Positions 29,474 to 39,116 of a stretch of DNA of 64,000 nt are shown here, in pieces. A program made the position numbers and the translations under genes. The first letter of the stretch is position 1. Each line of letters opens with the position of its first letter. The notes below the pieces were generated by a model. The model was not told the origin of the DNA and searched no databases. It was given only the letters and a program-made list of their open reading frames with translations. This stretch comes from Patescibacteria group bacterium UBA2196 (GTDB lineage Bacteria; Patescibacteriota; Patescibacteriia; UBA2196), in NCBI GenBank assembly GCA_002328025.1, contig DCVE01000013.1, positions 42,579-106,578 of the forward strand, given 5' to 3'.

Positions 29474-30757
29474 ATGAAAAAAAATACCATTGCTAAACTT
29501 TATGCGCGCGAGATTCTTGATTCACGTGGCAACCCAACCTTAGAAACAGAAGTAACTTTGGATTGTGGTTTAAAGGCCAAAGCCAGCGTACCAGCTGGCG
29601 CGTCAATTGGCGAACACGAAGCTGTTGAACTGCGCGATATGGATAAAAAAAGATATGGCGGTCAGGGTGTTTTAAAAGCCGTTGAAAATGTGAATAAAAA
29701 AATAGCCAAAAAAGTTTTTGGTTTGGAAATTTTAAAACAACAAGAAATTGATCGCGCCATGCTTAAACTGGATGGTACCAGTGGTAAAGCATATTTGGGT
29801 GCCAATGCTATTTTGTCAGTTTCTTTGGCATGTGCCAGGGCCGGGGCTTTGATGGAAAATTTAGAACTTTATGCTTATCTAAGAAAAATTTATCAACTAC
29901 CAACAACCAGTCGTCAGTTGCCGGTGCCAATGTTTAATATTTTTAATGGTGGTAAACATGCGGATACAAATTTGAATTTGCAGGAATTTATGATTGTGCC
30001 GTTTGGAATAAAAGGTTTGGGTGAGCAGGTGAGAGCTGGCGCCGAAATTTTTCATGCTTTGGGTGAGGTGTTACGCAGTAACTATTTTGATACTGATGTG
30101 GGCAATGAGGGCGGCTATGCGCCGAACCTAGATTCAACCGTGCAAGCGTTTGACATGATTATGGAAGCGATTGACAAAGCGGGTTATCACGCCGGCAATC
30201 AGGTGGGTTTGGCTTTGGATGTGGGTGCTTCAGAACTTTATGATCCGCAAAAAAGATTATATGTTTTTGACCTTGATGATCATTATTTTATTACTGATCA
30301 ATTAATTTCTTTGTACCGTGATTGGGCACATAAGTATCCAATTTTTTCCATTGAAGACGGATTGGCAGAAAACGATTGGGAGGGGTGGGAAGATTTAACC
30401 AATGAATTTAAACGTTTTAAACCCCTAGCTTCCAGACAAAAAATGTTTTTGGTGGGTGATGATCTTTTTACGACTAACTCGGAAAGATTAAAAGCTGGGA
30501 TAAAGCGCGGTGTGGGTAACGCGGTTATTTTAAAACCCAATCAAATTGGAACTTTGTCAGAGAGTGTGGAATTTGCTAAAATAGCTCAAGCTGCCGGTTA
30601 TACCATTGTGACTTCGCATCGCTCTGGCGAGACAACAGATGATTTTGTGGCTGATTTAGCGGTGGCTTTAAATTCTGATTTTGTAAAATTTGGTTCACTG
30701 GCACGTGGAGAAAGGGTGGTAAAATATAATCGTTTAATGGAGATAGAAAATAAATAG
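29474..30757 (+). CDS. eno: Enolase
   Basis: REILDSRGNPT, NGGKHA, VGDDLF and SHRSGET motifs. Confidence 0.98.
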   Translation: MKKNTIAKLYAREILDSRGNPTLETEVTLDCGLKAKASVPAGASIGEHEAVELRDMDKKRYGGQGVLKAVENVNKKIAKKVFGLEILKQQEIDRAMLKLDGTSGKAYLGANAILSVSLACARAGALMENLELYAYLRKIYQLPTTSRQLPVPMFNIFNGGKHADTNLNLQEFMIVPFGIKGLGEQVRAGAEIFHALGEVLRSNYFDTDVGNEGGYAPNLDSTVQAFDMIMEAIDKAGYHAGNQVGLALDVGASELYDPQKRLYVFDLDDHYFITDQLISLYRDWAHKYPIFSIEDGLAENDWEGWEDLTNEFKRFKPLASRQKMFLVGDDLFTTNSERLKAGIKRGVGNAVILKPNQIGTLSESVEFAKIAQAAGYTIVTSHRSGETTDDFVADLAVALNSDFVKFGSLARGERVVKYNRLMEIENK

Positions 30758-30764
30758 AGGATAT

Positions 30765-32384
30765 ATGTCGCATAAAAATTTAAAACAATTCAAACAAAGT
30801 CCGCTAGTGATGGTAATTTTAGATGGCTGGGGAATTAATAAGGCCTATAACGGGAATGCCATTACTGGGGCTAGTGTACCAGTATTTGATACACTCTGGA
30901 AAAATTATCCACACACGGAGTTGTGTGCCTCTGGCAGGTGTGTGGGCTTGCCAGCCATGCAGGATGGTAATTCAGAAGCTGGTCATTTTAATTTGGGTGC
31001 GGGTCGAATTGTTGATCAAGATACTCTGATGGTTTCTAAGGCTATTAGCAGTGGACTTTTTTTTAAAAATCCAGCCCTTAAAGCCAGTCTTAAACATTTA
31101 AAAAGAACTGGTGGTAGTTTGCATTTAATGGGATTGCTATCAGGTTGGCAATCGGCGCACGCGGATCCAGATCATCTTTTGGCATTGCTGACATTTTATC
31201 GCCAAGAAGGTGTAAAGGAAATTTTTTTACATCTTTTTACTGACGGTCGTGATTCTTATCGTTTTGGTGCGTTAGATTTTTTAAAAAAGATAAGAAAAGA
31301 AATGCGTGGTGGTGAAAAAATTGCTACAATTTGTGGTCGTTATTATGCCATGGATAGAAAAAAACAATGGGATCGTATAGAAAAGACATATCAGGCCATA
31401 GTTGCAGGTAAAGCTGTATATTATTCCAAAACAGCTGAAGAAGCCATTAAGCAGGCTTATGATCGTGGTGAGAGTGATGAATTTATTGTGCCAACCGTGA
31501 TGGTTACTGGTGGTAAATGTGATAGTAAGGGTGTGTGTACGGGTGGTAAACCAATTACGGAAATTAAAAACGGTGATGCTGTAGTTTTTTTTAACCTAAG
31601 ATCTGATCGCGCCAGAGAGCTAACTAAGACTTTTGTACAAGCGGATTTTAATAAGATGAATGTGGGGTCTTTTGTACGTACTCGGATTTTGAAAGATTTA
31701 TTGTTTGTTTCCATGACTGATTTTGGACCTGATTTAGACAGTATCTTAACTGCTTTTCCGTCGCAAAATTTAAAAAATACATTACCCATGGTTTTGGCTG
31801 ATATGCGACAACTGTATATTGCGGAAAATGAAAAATACGCCCATGTAACATATTTTTTTAATGGTGGTTATGCTGATCCACTGAATGGTGAAGATAGAAT
31901 AATGATTCCGTCGTTAGATGTATCATCATATGATTTACAACCAGAAATGTCAGCTTTGAAGATCACTGAAAAAGTTGTGAGTGATTTGAAAAATAATAAA
32001 TATGATTTTATTTTAGTTAATTTTGCCAATCCAGATATGGTGGGGCACACTGGTAATTTGGCTGCCGGTATTAAGGCTTGTGAAACAGTGGATACTTGTG
32101 TGGGTAAGATTTTAAAAATTTTGACAGAAAAAGAAGGTATTTTATTAGTGACGGCAGATCATGGTAATGTGGAAGAAATGATTGATGAAAAAACAGGCAA
32201 GATAGACACCCAGCATTCTTCTTTCCCTGTACCGTTTATTATTGCTGACAAAAGAATAAAAAATATAAAAAATTATAAGTTAAAAAATAAAGGTATTTTG
32301 GCCAATGTGGCGCCGACAATTTTAGATTTATTGGGTAAAACGAAACCCAGAGAGATGACAGAAACCTCACTTATAGTTCATTAA
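30765..32384 (+). CDS. gpmI: 2,3-BPG-independent phosphoglycerate mutase, copy 1
   Basis: ILDGWG, GNSEAGH, DGRD, NPDMVGH and TADHGN motifs. Confidence 0.96.
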   Translation: MSHKNLKQFKQSPLVMVILDGWGINKAYNGNAITGASVPVFDTLWKNYPHTELCASGRCVGLPAMQDGNSEAGHFNLGAGRIVDQDTLMVSKAISSGLFFKNPALKASLKHLKRTGGSLHLMGLLSGWQSAHADPDHLLALLTFYRQEGVKEIFLHLFTDGRDSYRFGALDFLKKIRKEMRGGEKIATICGRYYAMDRKKQWDRIEKTYQAIVAGKAVYYSKTAEEAIKQAYDRGESDEFIVPTVMVTGGKCDSKGVCTGGKPITEIKNGDAVVFFNLRSDRARELTKTFVQADFNKMNVGSFVRTRILKDLLFVSMTDFGPDLDSILTAFPSQNLKNTLPMVLADMRQLYIAENEKYAHVTYFFNGGYADPLNGEDRIMIPSLDVSSYDLQPEMSALKITEKVVSDLKNNKYDFILVNFANPDMVGHTGNLAAGIKACETVDTCVGKILKILTEKEGILLVTADHGNVEEMIDEKTGKIDTQHSSFPVPFIIADKRIKNIKNYKLKNKGILANVAPTILDLLGKTKPREMTETSLIVH

Positions 32385-32395
32385 TTTTAATTTTT

Positions 32396-33994
32396 ATGCA
32401 TGTAGATAATAATTTAAAAGATACAAGACCCAAACCGGTGATGCTTGTAATTTTGGATGGTTGGGGTGTGGCGCCAGCTTTAATTAGTAATGCTATTACG
32501 CAGGCTAAAACACCCAATTTTAATAAATACGTGCAACAGTATTTTAGTACGACCTTGCAAGCTTCAGGTGAAGCGGTGGGTTTGCCGTTTGGTGAAATGG
32601 GTAATTCCGAGGTCGGTCATTTAAATATTGGTGCTGGCAAAATTGTATTTCAAGAATTACCACGCATAAATAAAGCTATTTTGGAAGGCAAATTTTTTGA
32701 AAATTCAATTTTAATTAAAGCTTGTTTAGCCGCTAAAAAAAATAAAAGTACTTTGCATATAGTTGGTTTAATCTCAACTGGTGGGGTGCATGCTTCAGTA
32801 GATCATCTTTATGCGTTGTTGGAGCTTGCTAAAAAACAACAGCTAAAAAATGTTTTTGTACATGCTATTTTGGATGGACGTGATATGGGTTATAATTCTG
32901 GTTTAGATTTATTGCGTCAGGTGAAAAAAAAAATGCAGGAGATTGGCGTAGGTAAAATTGCCACAGTGTGCGGTCGTTTTTGGGCCATGGATCGTGATAA
33001 CCATTGGGAACGTATAAGTGAAGCCTACCAGGCCATGGTTTATGGAATGGCAGAATTTAAGGGCGAGGATATCTTTGAAATTATACAAACAGCATATGAA
33101 GGTGGGGTTTATGATGAAGAATTAAAACCAATAGTGTGTTTGGACACAATTGCTCAACCTTTGGCCACAATTAAAGATAAAGATGCGGTGATATTTTTTA
33201 ATTTTCGTGCTGATCGTGCTAGAGAATTGACGCGTGCTTTTGTGTTGCCGGGTTTTGAAAAATTTAGGCGTGTGGAGTATCTAGCCAATTTATATTTTGT
33301 GACCATGACACAATATGAAAAACAATTACCTGTGGATGTGGCTTTTCCACCCGAGCATATTACTATGCCGCTGGCAAAAGTTTTAAGTGGACAGGGTTTG
33401 AAACAGTTACACATAGCCGAGACTGAAAAATACGCGCACGTAACATGTTTTTTTAACGGCGGCTTAGAAGAGACGTTGCCGGGTGAATATAGAATTTTAG
33501 TTCCATCACCGCGAGTGGAAAGTTATGCTGAAAAACCAGAAATGTCCGCTGGCGAAATAAAAAACAATTTAATTAAGGAAATCGCTAACAATAAGTTTGA
33601 TTTTATAGTTGTTAATTTTGCCAATCCGGATATGGTCAGTCATACAGGTGATCAAAAAGCTACTGTCAAAGCTTTGGAAAAAGTTGATAAATGTGTGGGT
33701 GAAATTGTGGAGGCGGTTTTAGCTTATGGCGGCGTGACTTTAATAACCGCAGACCATGGTAACGCCGAGTGTTTGGTGAATGATAAAACTGGTGAAATTA
33801 ATAAAGAACACTCTACCGCCCCAGTGCCTTTTTTAATTGTTGGGCAGGCCTTCAAAAGTCAATATATTGGTGAAGAAACAGTGGATTTGACATTACTAAC
33901 ACCTTCAGGGGTGTTGGCCGATATCGCGCCGACCATTTTAAAAATTATGCAAATTGAACAACCTAAAGAAATGACCGGTAGAAGTTTAATTTAG
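32396..33994 (+). CDS. gpmI: 2,3-BPG-independent phosphoglycerate mutase, copy 2
   Basis: ILDGWG, GNSEVGH, AETEKYAHVT, NPDMVSH and TADHGN motifs. Confidence 0.96.
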   Translation: MHVDNNLKDTRPKPVMLVILDGWGVAPALISNAITQAKTPNFNKYVQQYFSTTLQASGEAVGLPFGEMGNSEVGHLNIGAGKIVFQELPRINKAILEGKFFENSILIKACLAAKKNKSTLHIVGLISTGGVHASVDHLYALLELAKKQQLKNVFVHAILDGRDMGYNSGLDLLRQVKKKMQEIGVGKIATVCGRFWAMDRDNHWERISEAYQAMVYGMAEFKGEDIFEIIQTAYEGGVYDEELKPIVCLDTIAQPLATIKDKDAVIFFNFRADRARELTRAFVLPGFEKFRRVEYLANLYFVTMTQYEKQLPVDVAFPPEHITMPLAKVLSGQGLKQLHIAETEKYAHVTCFFNGGLEETLPGEYRILVPSPRVESYAEKPEMSAGEIKNNLIKEIANNKFDFIVVNFANPDMVSHTGDQKATVKALEKVDKCVGEIVEAVLAYGGVTLITADHGNAECLVNDKTGEINKEHSTAPVPFLIVGQAFKSQYIGEETVDLTLLTPSGVLADIAPTILKIMQIEQPKEMTGRSLI

Positions 33995-34011
33995 AATTTA
34001 AATTATTTGAT

Positions 34012-34872
34012 ATGCCCGAACTACCAGAGGTGGAAACAATAAAATTAGATCTGTACAAGCTGATTGTTAATAGAAAAATTGTGGCAGTCGAAGTCAGTTT
34101 GCTCAAACAGATAAAAAATCCTTTGAAGTATTTTTTAAAAAATATTGTTGGTGTCAAAATTAAACAAATCAAACGGCGAGCTAAAAATTTATTTTTGGAG
34201 TTGGATAATGGGTATTTTTTGGTTTTTCACCTTAAAATGACTGGTCAATTAATTTATCGTTCAAAAAAAGGTTGGCTGGCTGGTGGCGGGCATTCCATTA
34301 GACAAGATTTAAAAAAATTGCCGAATAAATATTCACATGTTATATTTACTTTTGAAAATGGTGCTAGGTTGTTTTTTAACGACATGCGCCAGTTTGGGTG
34401 GGTAAAATTAGTTGATAAAAAAGAATTGGAACAAATGTTTAAAAAAATAGGTCCTGAGCCATTGGACAAGGGTTTAACAGCTGATAAATTTATGGCATTG
34501 CTGGTTAAGAAAAAAACAGCCATAAAATCGTTGTTAATGGAGCAGGACTTTGTGGCTGGGGTTGGTAATATCTATGCCTCAGAAGCCTGCTTTTGTGCTG
34601 GCATTGCACCAATCCGACAGGCAAATTCTTTAAGCCCCAGCGAAGCAAAAAAATTATTATTATGTTTAAAGAAGATTCTAAGGTTGGCTATTGAAAAAAA
34701 GGGCACTTCGGTGGTTGACTATGTGGATGCTTTTGGTGAACGGGGGCAGATGTCAAGGTTTTTAAAAGTTTATGGTCGTGTTAGTCAGCCATGTCTTAAA
34801 TGTGGTATACCTTTAAAAATCATGAGGCAGGCTCAACGCACAACAGTGTTTTGCTCTCATTGTCAAAAATAA
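34012..34872 (+). CDS. mutM: Formamidopyrimidine-DNA glycosylase
   Basis: MPELPEVET, HLKMTG, GVGNIYASE and C-terminal zinc finger. Confidence 0.97.
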   Translation: MPELPEVETIKLDLYKLIVNRKIVAVEVSLLKQIKNPLKYFLKNIVGVKIKQIKRRAKNLFLELDNGYFLVFHLKMTGQLIYRSKKGWLAGGGHSIRQDLKKLPNKYSHVIFTFENGARLFFNDMRQFGWVKLVDKKELEQMFKKIGPEPLDKGLTADKFMALLVKKKTAIKSLLMEQDFVAGVGNIYASEACFCAGIAPIRQANSLSPSEAKKLLLCLKKILRLAIEKKGTSVVDYVDAFGERGQMSRFLKVYGRVSQPCLKCGIPLKIMRQAQRTTVFCSHCQK

Positions 34873-34890
34873 TTTTTTATTGTTTAATTT

Positions 34891-35442
34891 ATGTGGTTTT
34901 TAGGTTTTGATTATAAAATTTTTACGGTCATTAATTCTTTAGCTGGTAAATATCACTGGCTGGATTTAGTCGCCATTATTTGTGCCAAGTATTTAGTTTT
35001 TGTAATTTTTGGCGCGGCACTGGGTTGGTGGATTAGTTTGCATAAATCTAAGGCGACTTCTGCTTGGCCAGTTCAAGGTAAAAAGAAATGGTTGGCTTTG
35101 GGTCATTTGGGCTTGACCGCGGTGGGTGTTTATTTAATAAATAATTTAATAGCCTTAATTCATTTTCGCGAGCGACCTTTTTTACACGAAGGTGTCAAAC
35201 AGATGGTTAATCCAATGTCAGAGAAATCTTTTCCCTCTGATCATGCAGCAGCTTCTTTTGCTGTGGCCGCAGTGATATTTTTTTATAATAAAGCTTTGGG
35301 CGGTTTTTTATTTGTTTTGGCAATTTTGGTAGGCTTAGGTAGAATTTATACCGGTGTGCATTACCCCTTGGATGTTTTGGGTGGAGCGGTGGTGGGTATT
35401 TTAGCCGCTGTTATTATTAAGATGGTTTTGAAGAGAAAATAA
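34891..35442 (+). CDS. PAP2 family phosphatase (undecaprenyl-diphosphatase-like)
   Basis: RERP, SFPSDH and RIYTGVHYPLDV motifs. Confidence 0.92.
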   Translation: MWFLGFDYKIFTVINSLAGKYHWLDLVAIICAKYLVFVIFGAALGWWISLHKSKATSAWPVQGKKKWLALGHLGLTAVGVYLINNLIALIHFRERPFLHEGVKQMVNPMSEKSFPSDHAAASFAVAAVIFFYNKALGGFLFVLAILVGLGRIYTGVHYPLDVLGGAVVGILAAVIIKMVLKRK

Positions 35443-35510
35443 AAATTAAATTTTTTTCAACAAAAACAGATTTAGGGTCTGTTTTTGTTTTTTTGGTGGA
35501 TAAGTGGTGG

Positions 35511-35572
35511 TTGTTGATTGGGTAAAATTGGTATATAATAGTAGTAGAGTGGTGCAAAGTGGGATAAAGTGG
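35511..35572 (+). promoter_or_regulatory. mraZ promoter with MraZ operator repeats
   Basis: TTGTTG-17-TATAAT (35511-35539); AGTGG at 35548, 35558 and 35568 (10-bp period), as in MraZ boxes. Confidence 0.8.
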
Positions 35573-35593
35573 ATAACTATTAAATTCTAAATT

Positions 35594-36025
35594 ATGTTTA
35601 TTGGCGAGTACCAACATAATCTCGACGATAAAAATCGTCTAGCCATACCCGCCAAATTTCGGTTGAGTTTAAAGCAGGGTGCATATGTAACCAGAGGATT
35701 TGATAATTGTCTATTTTTATTAACAACCAAAGAGTGGCAAAAATTGGTGGACAAATTGGCAGCTTTACCAATTGGTAAAGCCGAGGCCAGAGGTTTTTCA
35801 CGTATTATGTTGGCAGGTGCCATGGATGTTAAACCAGACAACTTGGGACGGATTTTAATTCCGGATTATTTAAAAAAATATGCGGGCATTGATAAGAAAG
35901 TAATAGTGGCGGGATTAAACAGTCGTTTAGAAATTTGGGATGAAAATAAGTGGCAGACCTATAAAACACAGATTGAAAAACAGGCTGATAAATTGGCTGA
36001 GACGATGGGGGAGATGGGAATTTAA
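35594..36025 (+). CDS. mraZ: Transcriptional regulator MraZ
   Basis: MFIGEYQHNLDDKNRLAIP; DNLGRILIP. Confidence 0.97.
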   Translation: MFIGEYQHNLDDKNRLAIPAKFRLSLKQGAYVTRGFDNCLFLLTTKEWQKLVDKLAALPIGKAEARGFSRIMLAGAMDVKPDNLGRILIPDYLKKYAGIDKKVIVAGLNSRLEIWDENKWQTYKTQIEKQADKLAETMGEMGI

Positions 36026-36054
36026 TATTATTAATTTTAAAAAAGCAAGGCACA

Positions 36055-36939
36055 ATGTCAGTTCATATTCCAGTTTTAGTTAAAGAAGTTTTGGAATACT
36101 TAAATCCGCAAGCGGGGCAAAAATTTATTGATGCTACTTTGGGTGGTGGCGGACATACACAGGAAATTTTGCAACGGATTGGAGCAAATGGAAAAATATT
36201 AGCCTTGGATGCTGACTGTGGAGCGGTTGAAAAAGGTATAAAATTATTTTCTGGTAAGAATTTAAGTATAGTCAATGCTAATTTTGGAAATCTAAAAGAA
36301 GTAGCTGAAAAATATGGTTTTTTGCAGGTGGATGGAATTTTGGCCGATTTGGGATTATCTTCAGATCAGCTGGAAAATTCAGGTCGTGGTTTTACTTTTC
36401 AAAAAGATGAACCGTTGGATATGCGTTTTGACACAGGATTGGAGATCAGCGCGGCTGATATTCTCAATTTTTATAGTCAGGATGAATTAAAGATTATTTT
36501 TGAAAATTATGGCGAATATCGTTTGGCAGGTCAGCTAGCCGTTCAGATTAGAAAAATTAGAAAGAAAAAGCCCTTTAAAACAACGTTTGATTTAGTGGAA
36601 GCGGTTCGTCAGGTACAGACTTATCAAGGACGTGGCAGGATTCATCCAGCTACGTTGGTATTTCAAGCTTTGCGGGTAGCGGTTAATCAAGAATTGGAAG
36701 TTTTGGCCAATTTTTTGCCGCAAGCCATTGATTTGTTGGTATCTGGCGGTCGTTTGGCAGTCATAGCTTTTCAGGGCGCGGAAGACAGGATGGTGAAAGT
36801 TTTTTTTCGGACTAATGCAAGAAAAGAAAATCCAAATTTAAAAATTTTAACTAAAAAGCCAATTATGCCGACCTTTGATGAAATAAAAAATAATCTTCGT
36901 GGTCGCAGTGCAAAGCTACGTGTGGTGGAGAAAATATAA
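36055..36939 (+). CDS. rsmH: 16S rRNA m4C1402 methyltransferase
   Basis: HIPVL, DATLGGGGH, DLGLSS, PLDMR and FQALR motifs. Confidence 0.97.
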   Translation: MSVHIPVLVKEVLEYLNPQAGQKFIDATLGGGGHTQEILQRIGANGKILALDADCGAVEKGIKLFSGKNLSIVNANFGNLKEVAEKYGFLQVDGILADLGLSSDQLENSGRGFTFQKDEPLDMRFDTGLEISAADILNFYSQDELKIIFENYGEYRLAGQLAVQIRKIRKKKPFKTTFDLVEAVRQVQTYQGRGRIHPATLVFQALRVAVNQELEVLANFLPQAIDLLVSGGRLAVIAFQGAEDRMVKVFFRTNARKENPNLKILTKKPIMPTFDEIKNNLRGRSAKLRVVEKI

Positions 36940-36969
36940 TTTTAATATTACAAAATAAAAATAAAAATT

Positions 36970-37341
36970 ATGTCTAAATATTTCTCTTTGTGTGCCAGAC
37001 GGGAAAAAAATATTAAAACCAAGCAAACCACGAAAGATAGAACCAAGAGAGTGGTTAATCTTTTTAATGTGGGGCGTGTTTTTTTGGTAATTTCTATTGT
37101 TGGTTTGGCGGGATTGTATGTTTTTTCAGTCAATAATGATTCGGCTAAGGGTTTTGAATTATCACGTTTGGAAAACCAACAAAAGATTTTGATGGAACAA
37201 AATAAACAAATGGAAGACAAGTTACAACAATCAAAATCATTAGTCAAGGTACAAGAGAAGGTGAGTGTTTTAAATATGGTGAATGTCGAGGCAATTGAAT
37301 ATTTACAATTGGACAATAATACCGTTGCTTTAGCCAAATAA
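36970..37341 (+). CDS. FtsL-like bitopic coiled-coil protein
   Basis: Single TM plus coiled coil, located between rsmH and the PBP gene. Confidence 0.7.
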   Translation: MSKYFSLCARREKNIKTKQTTKDRTKRVVNLFNVGRVFLVISIVGLAGLYVFSVNNDSAKGFELSRLENQQKILMEQNKQMEDKLQQSKSLVKVQEKVSVLNMVNVEAIEYLQLDNNTVALAK

Positions 37342-37352
37342 TTTATAATGTC

Positions 37353-39101
37353 ATGACACGGTTTCGCGGTTCGACAAAAAACAACGAAGAGCGTGCGGGG
37401 AGCACTGCCAGAATAAAATTCATAGCCGTGCTCTTTTTAGTTTTAGCGGCTGTTTTTTTGGCTCGACTTTTTTATTTACAAGTTTTTAAACATAATGTAT
37501 ATAAAAAACTGGCCACAGCCCAACATGAAAACACACAAAAACTTTTGCCGGCCCGTGGCATGATTTATGCCACTGATAAGGATGGACGTGATTTTTGTAT
37601 TGCTGATAATCAGGATTTGTATTTATTGTTTGCAGTGCCAGTTGAAATTGAAAATGCCAGTGAGACAGTGGACAAAATTATTACGGTTTTAAGCCTTGAG
37701 CAAAAAGAAAAAGATAAAATTTTAGCTCAATTAAAAAAAAATAACGATCCTTATGAACCATTAAAACACTATTTAAATGAAGAAGAAAAAGATAAACTGA
37801 AAGATTTAAATATTACGGGTTTGGGTTTTTCACGAGAGACCAAGAGATATTATCCAGAGGGAGATGTGTTTGCCCATCTGAATGGTTTTGTCGGTTTTAG
37901 TGAAGACAAAACAGTTGGACAGTATGGTCTAGAGGAATATTTTGAATCCGAACTAAAGGGCAAAAATGGGATTTTAAAATCAGAGACCGACCCAGCTGGA
38001 CGTTTAATTGCTGTGGGTGAATATGATATGACACCAGCGGAAGATGGAGCAAACCTATATCTTAATATTGATCTGGCGATGCAATTTAAAGCTTGTGAAA
38101 CTTTAAAAAAAGCTGTAAAAAATTATGAAGCACAGGGTGGAGTAGTAATTATTCAAAATCCCAATGATGGTGCTATTTTGGCTTTGTGTGTGGAGCCAAG
38201 CTTTGATCCAAATAATTATGGTCAGGTTAAAAATGTTAATTTTTTTATCAACCAAGCCGTTAGTTCTTTATATGAACCGGGTTCAATTTTTAAACCAATT
38301 ACCATGGCAGCAGCTTTGGATACTTTAAGCGTGGAGCCTGATACGACCTATGAAGACAAGGGGTTTTTAATATATGGTAAAGATAAAATTACCAACGCCA
38401 TGGATAAAAAATACGGGGTGGTTAATATGACACAGGTTTTGGAAAATTCAATAAACACTGGTGCGGTTTTTGTGGCAATTGCGGCAGGTCGAGAAAATAT
38501 GAAAAAATATGTCAGTGATTTTGGTTTTGGCACACACTTAGGAATTGATTTACCCAGAGAAGCTAAGGGCGACATAAGTTCATTAGATAGAAAAAGCGAG
38601 ATATATTTGGCCACTGCATCTTTTGGACAAGGTGTTGCAGTGACACCGCTACAAATGGTAAATGCTTTTTCTGCTATTGCTAATGGTGGTATGTTGTATA
38701 AACCATGGGTGGTAAAAAAAATAGTTAAGGTTAATGGGGAAATTGAGGAATTCAAAGCCCAACAGATTCGGCGGGTTATTAGTTCAAAAAGCGCCAATGT
38801 GTTAAGGGCTATGCTAGTTTCAGTGGTTAAAAACAGTCATTCGGGCGTGGCAAAAATTCCAGGCTATTTTGTAGCTGGTAAGACTGGTACGGCACAAATT
38901 CCGGCCAAAAGTGGGGGGTATTTAAATGCTTATAACCATTCTTTTGTGGGTTTTGCTCCGGCCACTAAGCCCAGATTTACGTTGTTTGTTAAAATTACTA
39001 ATCCGGCTAAGGGCGCCTTTGCTGAATCCACAGCCGGGCCGGTGTTTGCGGAAGTTATGAGATATCTGTTAAACTATTATCAAGTTCCAACTGATGAATA
39101 A
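37353..39101 (+). CDS. ftsI: Class B penicillin-binding protein (FtsI-like)
   Basis: PGSIFK (SxxK), SIN (SxN) and KTGTAQ; dcw context. Confidence 0.9.
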   Translation: MTRFRGSTKNNEERAGSTARIKFIAVLFLVLAAVFLARLFYLQVFKHNVYKKLATAQHENTQKLLPARGMIYATDKDGRDFCIADNQDLYLLFAVPVEIENASETVDKIITVLSLEQKEKDKILAQLKKNNDPYEPLKHYLNEEEKDKLKDLNITGLGFSRETKRYYPEGDVFAHLNGFVGFSEDKTVGQYGLEEYFESELKGKNGILKSETDPAGRLIAVGEYDMTPAEDGANLYLNIDLAMQFKACETLKKAVKNYEAQGGVVIIQNPNDGAILALCVEPSFDPNNYGQVKNVNFFINQAVSSLYEPGSIFKPITMAAALDTLSVEPDTTYEDKGFLIYGKDKITNAMDKKYGVVNMTQVLENSINTGAVFVAIAAGRENMKKYVSDFGFGTHLGIDLPREAKGDISSLDRKSEIYLATASFGQGVAVTPLQMVNAFSAIANGGMLYKPWVVKKIVKVNGEIEEFKAQQIRRVISSKSANVLRAMLVSVVKNSHSGVAKIPGYFVAGKTGTAQIPAKSGGYLNAYNHSFVGFAPATKPRFTLFVKITNPAKGAFAESTAGPVFAEVMRYLLNYYQVPTDE

Positions 39102-39116
39102 AAATAATTTTAAAAT

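Noticed and set aside
35540-35575. Possible CRISPR or iteron repeats
   Set aside because: Short 10-bp-period GTGG boxes before mraZ fit MraZ operators. No repeat-spacer array or cas gene was seen anywhere in the window.
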